A DNA stretch of 64,000 bases from Malacoraja senta (Eukaryota), in assembly GCA_038087875.1 (NCBI GenBank), contig CM075991.1, positions 3,844,001 to 3,908,000 of the forward strand, read 5' to 3'. A program made the translations under genes and the position numbers. The notes under the pieces are model-generated. The model ran no database searches. It saw nothing but the letters and a program-made list of their open reading frames with translations, and was not told the origin of the DNA. This document shows positions 62,301 to 64,000 of this stretch, one piece after another; the first letter of the stretch is position 1, and every line of letters begins with the position of its first letter.

Positions 62301-62680
62301 TCTAAACTGCTCCTGGTATACATGTAGCAGTAGACTATTCTTTGAACCATTCTAACAAGACCCATCAGCTTCCAGTGCACTGTGATCGCTGACTCCATGA
62401 AATTACATGGGCCATTGTTTCCTCTCATTCTGATTTCCTTGATGCCGACAGGGACATTCAGCAAGACGCCTTCAAGGGGAACCACACACACTGGAGGGGC
62501 TTCTCCTTCGTCTACAACCATTATTTATTCTTTGTCTGTTTCCTGGTGGTTCTCTTGTCCATCTTCCTCTACCTGCTGCGACTGCGACGGATCCACCGCA
62601 GGATGCTGCACAACACCTTGCCTGCTGCTGCCCTGTGGATGGCCGAAGGTGGGCTACCTCAGATATCGGAAGTTTCCTGA
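44298..62680 (+). CDS. ENTPD4: Ectonucleoside triphosphate diphosphohydrolase 4 (lysosomal/Golgi apyrase, LALP70), complete, 615 aa
   Basis: Exons 44298-44305, 45355-45549, 48088-48293, 48561-48711, 50230-50333, 51512-51571, 52557-52711, 54357-54523, 56114-56438, 59148-59233, 61312-61473 and 62452-62680 total 1848 nt in an open frame. Apyrase motifs DCGSSGSR, CTAGMR, EGVYAW, DMGGVSTQ and WTLG; two transmembrane segments; VSFASSQQ insert typical of ENTPD4. Confidence 0.95.
45355..45549 (+). CDS. ENTPD4: ENTPD4 exon (FCISCLFPASWHFS...TM1)
   Basis: 195 nt, GT-AG. Confidence 0.92.
45690..46028 (+). mobile_element. L2-clade LINE 3' fragment
   Basis: YQPSRSLRS...GGRAFSRAAPRLWNSL...SRLKTHLF; (tat)n tail. 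Confidence 0.8.
46905..47400 (-). mobile_element. CR1 LINE 3' fragment
   Basis: Reverse strand DRLGLYSLEFRRMRG; CR1 3' tail. Confidence 0.85.
48088..48293 (+). CDS. ENTPD4: ENTPD4 exon (ACR1 DCGSSGSR)
   Basis: 206 nt, GT-AG. Confidence 0.95.
48561..48711 (+). CDS. ENTPD4: ENTPD4 exon (ACR2 CTAGMR)
   Basis: 151 nt, GT-AG. Confidence 0.95.
50230..50333 (+). CDS. ENTPD4: ENTPD4 exon (QQNAILEDL...VISGKQE)
   Basis: 104 nt, GT-AG. Confidence 0.94.
50504..50557 (+). ncRNA. Minimal HDV-like ribozyme (predicted, L3 decayed), copy 2
   Basis: P1 GGGGUGG/CCGCCCU, P2 GAUUGCA/UGCAAUC, P3 ACC/GGU, L3 AUUACGU, J4/2 CUAA. Confidence 0.65.
50504..50648 (+). mobile_element. Short ribozyme-headed retroposon (SINE-like), copy 2
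   Basis: (GAA)n tail; TSD agaggttggg (50494-50503 / 50649-50658). Confidence 0.85.
50720..51390 (-). mobile_element. Older CR1 LINE fragment with (TG)n insertion
   Basis: RERLNRLGLLSLE on the minus strand. Confidence 0.75.
51512..51571 (+). CDS. ENTPD4: ENTPD4 exon (GVYAWIGINFVLGRF)
   Basis: 60 nt, GT-AG. Confidence 0.94.
52557..52711 (+). CDS. ENTPD4: ENTPD4 exon (ACR4 DMGGVSTQ; alternative donor at 52687)
   Basis: 155 nt or 131 nt, GT-AG. Confidence 0.94.
54357..54523 (+). CDS. ENTPD4: ENTPD4 exon (EEVAKNLLAEFNLGCD...)
   Basis: 167 nt, GT-AG. Confidence 0.95.
54758..55070 (+). mobile_element. CR1 LINE 3' fragment with (ctattgt)n tail
   Basis: [14 protein letters not shown]. Confidence 0.85.
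55748..55929. mobile_element. Penelope-derived fold-back (hairpin) element
   Basis: Near-perfect ~75-bp inverted arms centred on tttcgggccgaaa; 16-bp direct repeat catcatgtagcagggt at 55732-55747 and 55930-55945. Confidence 0.85.
56114..56438 (+). CDS. ENTPD4: ENTPD4 exon (YLDPCLP...FYGFSEFFYC)
   Basis: 325 nt, GT-AG. Confidence 0.95.
56559..56901 (+). mobile_element. CR1 LINE 3' fragment (young)
   Basis: AGRLFPMLGKSRTRGHSLRIRG, near-identical to 29840-30180. Confidence 0.9.
57700..58595 (-). mobile_element. Penelope-like element 3' fragment with terminal repeat, interrupted by a MITE
   Basis: DLPVADHFNS remnant, purine-rich tail and cttcttcag/ctgaagaag terminal module. Confidence 0.7.
58218..58526. 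mobile_element. MITE of related TIR family (AAGGGCCTGTCCCACT), flanked by TA, nested in Penelope fragment
   Basis: Long inverted arms tcccgagttactc...gagtaactcggga; TA at 58216-58217 and 58527-58528. Confidence 0.8.
58645..59123 (-). mobile_element. Penelope-like element 3' fragment with terminal repeat
   Basis: RLGDRLAEHLRSVRLNLVDLPVAKHLNSPSHS...RLGSLQPSG followed by the CTGAAGA...GAAA terminal module. Confidence 0.85.
59148..59233 (+). CDS. ENTPD4: ENTPD4 exon (DYCATKW...HADLHRL)
   Basis: 86 nt, GT-AG. Confidence 0.94.
60360..60660 (-). mobile_element. tRNA-derived V-SINE (HE1-like)
   Basis: Full reverse-complement copy of the 1131-1403 family. Confidence 0.8.
61312..61473 (+). CDS. ENTPD4: ENTPD4 exon (YQCFKSAW...WTLGAILYRTR)
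   Basis: 162 nt, GT-AG. Confidence 0.95.
62452..62680 (+). CDS. ENTPD4: ENTPD4 last coding exon (TM2, stop)
   Basis: DIQQDAF...YNHYLF...LRLRRIHRR; TGA 62678-62680. Confidence 0.93.
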
Positions 62681-63244
62681 AGACCAGTGGCTGAGGAGCG
62701 GGGCTGCTGGATGGCAGATGTGACTGTCTTGCTTTTCAGGGTGGGATTTGACCACTGCCATGACTGTCAGTGAGGAACACTGGCATTGTGCAAAACTCTG
62801 AAATTGAAGCAGCTAGGCTGCCATCTGGTTTCGAGTTTCCTTCTGAACATTCTTCAGATCGTTTTTTTTTTGTTTTTTTTGGATAGCCACGATTGATCCA
62901 TTTGTTTCCTTCTGTTGGTTTGTCAAGTGGCAGGCTGCAAAAACATGACCTTCAAAATATGTGTAAAAGAGTTTATGAAGGCGAGCCAGAATATCCTAAA
63001 GTTGTTAAATGCCTCAACAAAAGAACAGCAATCAACCAAGCTTGAGACTCTGAGTACCAATGTTTTCCATGTTGCCGTTTTAAAAACAATGTGGTATCGA
63101 AAACCTTGTTACTTTGGCAGTGTGTGGAGTATCCTAAGCCAAGCCTGGATGTCTGCTGTCAACAGAAGAGGCGCTGGGCCAGTACGTGCTTGTAATATGG
63201 AAAATTAATGACAATCGAACATCTTTATGTTTATTTATAATTGC

Positions 63245-63250
63245 AATAAA
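63245..63250 (+). terminator. Candidate ENTPD4 polyadenylation signal
   Basis: AATAAA about 570 nt after the stop codon, in AU-rich context. Confidence 0.5.
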
Positions 63251-64000
63251 TGGAAATGAATGAGATGCATTTGTTACTTAGCAACCAATGACCTGTCGTA
63301 ATAAATGTCTTTATAAAATGTTATTTGTCTTCATTGTTCAGTTACCTGTAATGCAATGTTCTGACCTGTGTAACATGGCCACTAGGCTGGATGTTCCATC
63401 TTCCATCATGGAGTTCCATCATTGTGTCTGTCCAATTTTACCTTCTTAAAGTGTCCATCCCCAACCCTTGAATCAGCTCAACTATTGTTGATTATCTTAT
63501 TCAGGCCTTTCTCGCCACCAACCCAAATTTTCTGATGATCACCTTGCTAATCTCCCACTTTGCAACTCTATCGGTTTCTCCATGCCTATTATTATAAACC
63601 ACACCAAGTTCCACTCACTGATGTGTGTTGGCTTCTAGCCTGGCAAAGTCCCAGTTTTGATTTTTTTTTTAATCTTCCAAACTTTTTTGTGGCCTTGTTT
63701 CCCAGATTACCTTTTGCAGCCTTATAACCTTCCTGAACGCTGAACAAATCTTGTGCCCCAATGTTTGTGATCCAATGTCATTTTTTTTAATTTAATGGCT
63801 CTTCTATGAAAGATTTTGGGATTTGGGAATTTTGAAATTTGAAGATACAATTTGGGAACAGGAGTGGTCTGATATTGGTGATCTGATTATAACCTCAACT
63901 CTGATCCCACCTACCCTGGTAACCTTTCACCCTTTGCTTATCCAAACTCCATCTTAAAAATAGTCAAAGGTACTGCTTCAATCCAAGAGAGAGAATTTTC

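Noticed and set aside
44298..62680. ENTPD7 assignment
   Set aside because: The MGR start, SCLFPASWHFS and the VSFASSQQ insert fit ENTPD4 better.

Overview
This is a repeat-rich vertebrate genomic window. The repeat landscape (V-SINE/HE1-like SINEs, CR1 LINEs, Penelope-derived fold-back elements) suggests a cartilaginous fish, probably a skate or ray; this is an inference. It holds three spliced + strand genes. (1) The 3' part of RASSF2: 8 exons, 966-11802. (2) R3HCC1, about 20269-34639, which appears to start at a CUG codon as the human gene does and shows two mutually compensating frame disruptions in its R3H exons. (3) A complete ENTPD4: 12 coding exons, 44298-62680, 615 aa, with a CpG-island promoter and the conserved VSFASSQQ alternative donor. 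Introns and intergenic DNA contain CR1, L2, RTE, Rex/Babar and Penelope fragments, tRNA-derived SINEs, a hAT deletion derivative and TA-flanked MITEs. The most notable signal is a ~140-bp retroposon present twice (16854-16994 and 50504-50648). It has target-site duplications and a (GAA)n tail, and its 5' end folds as a minimal HDV-like self-cleaving ribozyme starting at the predicted cleavage site. Penelope-derived elements carry minimal hammerhead-like motifs, and one has expanded into an 18 x 34-bp minisatellite next to the ENTPD4 promoter. All gene and family assignments come from recalled protein and motif similarity; no database search was run.
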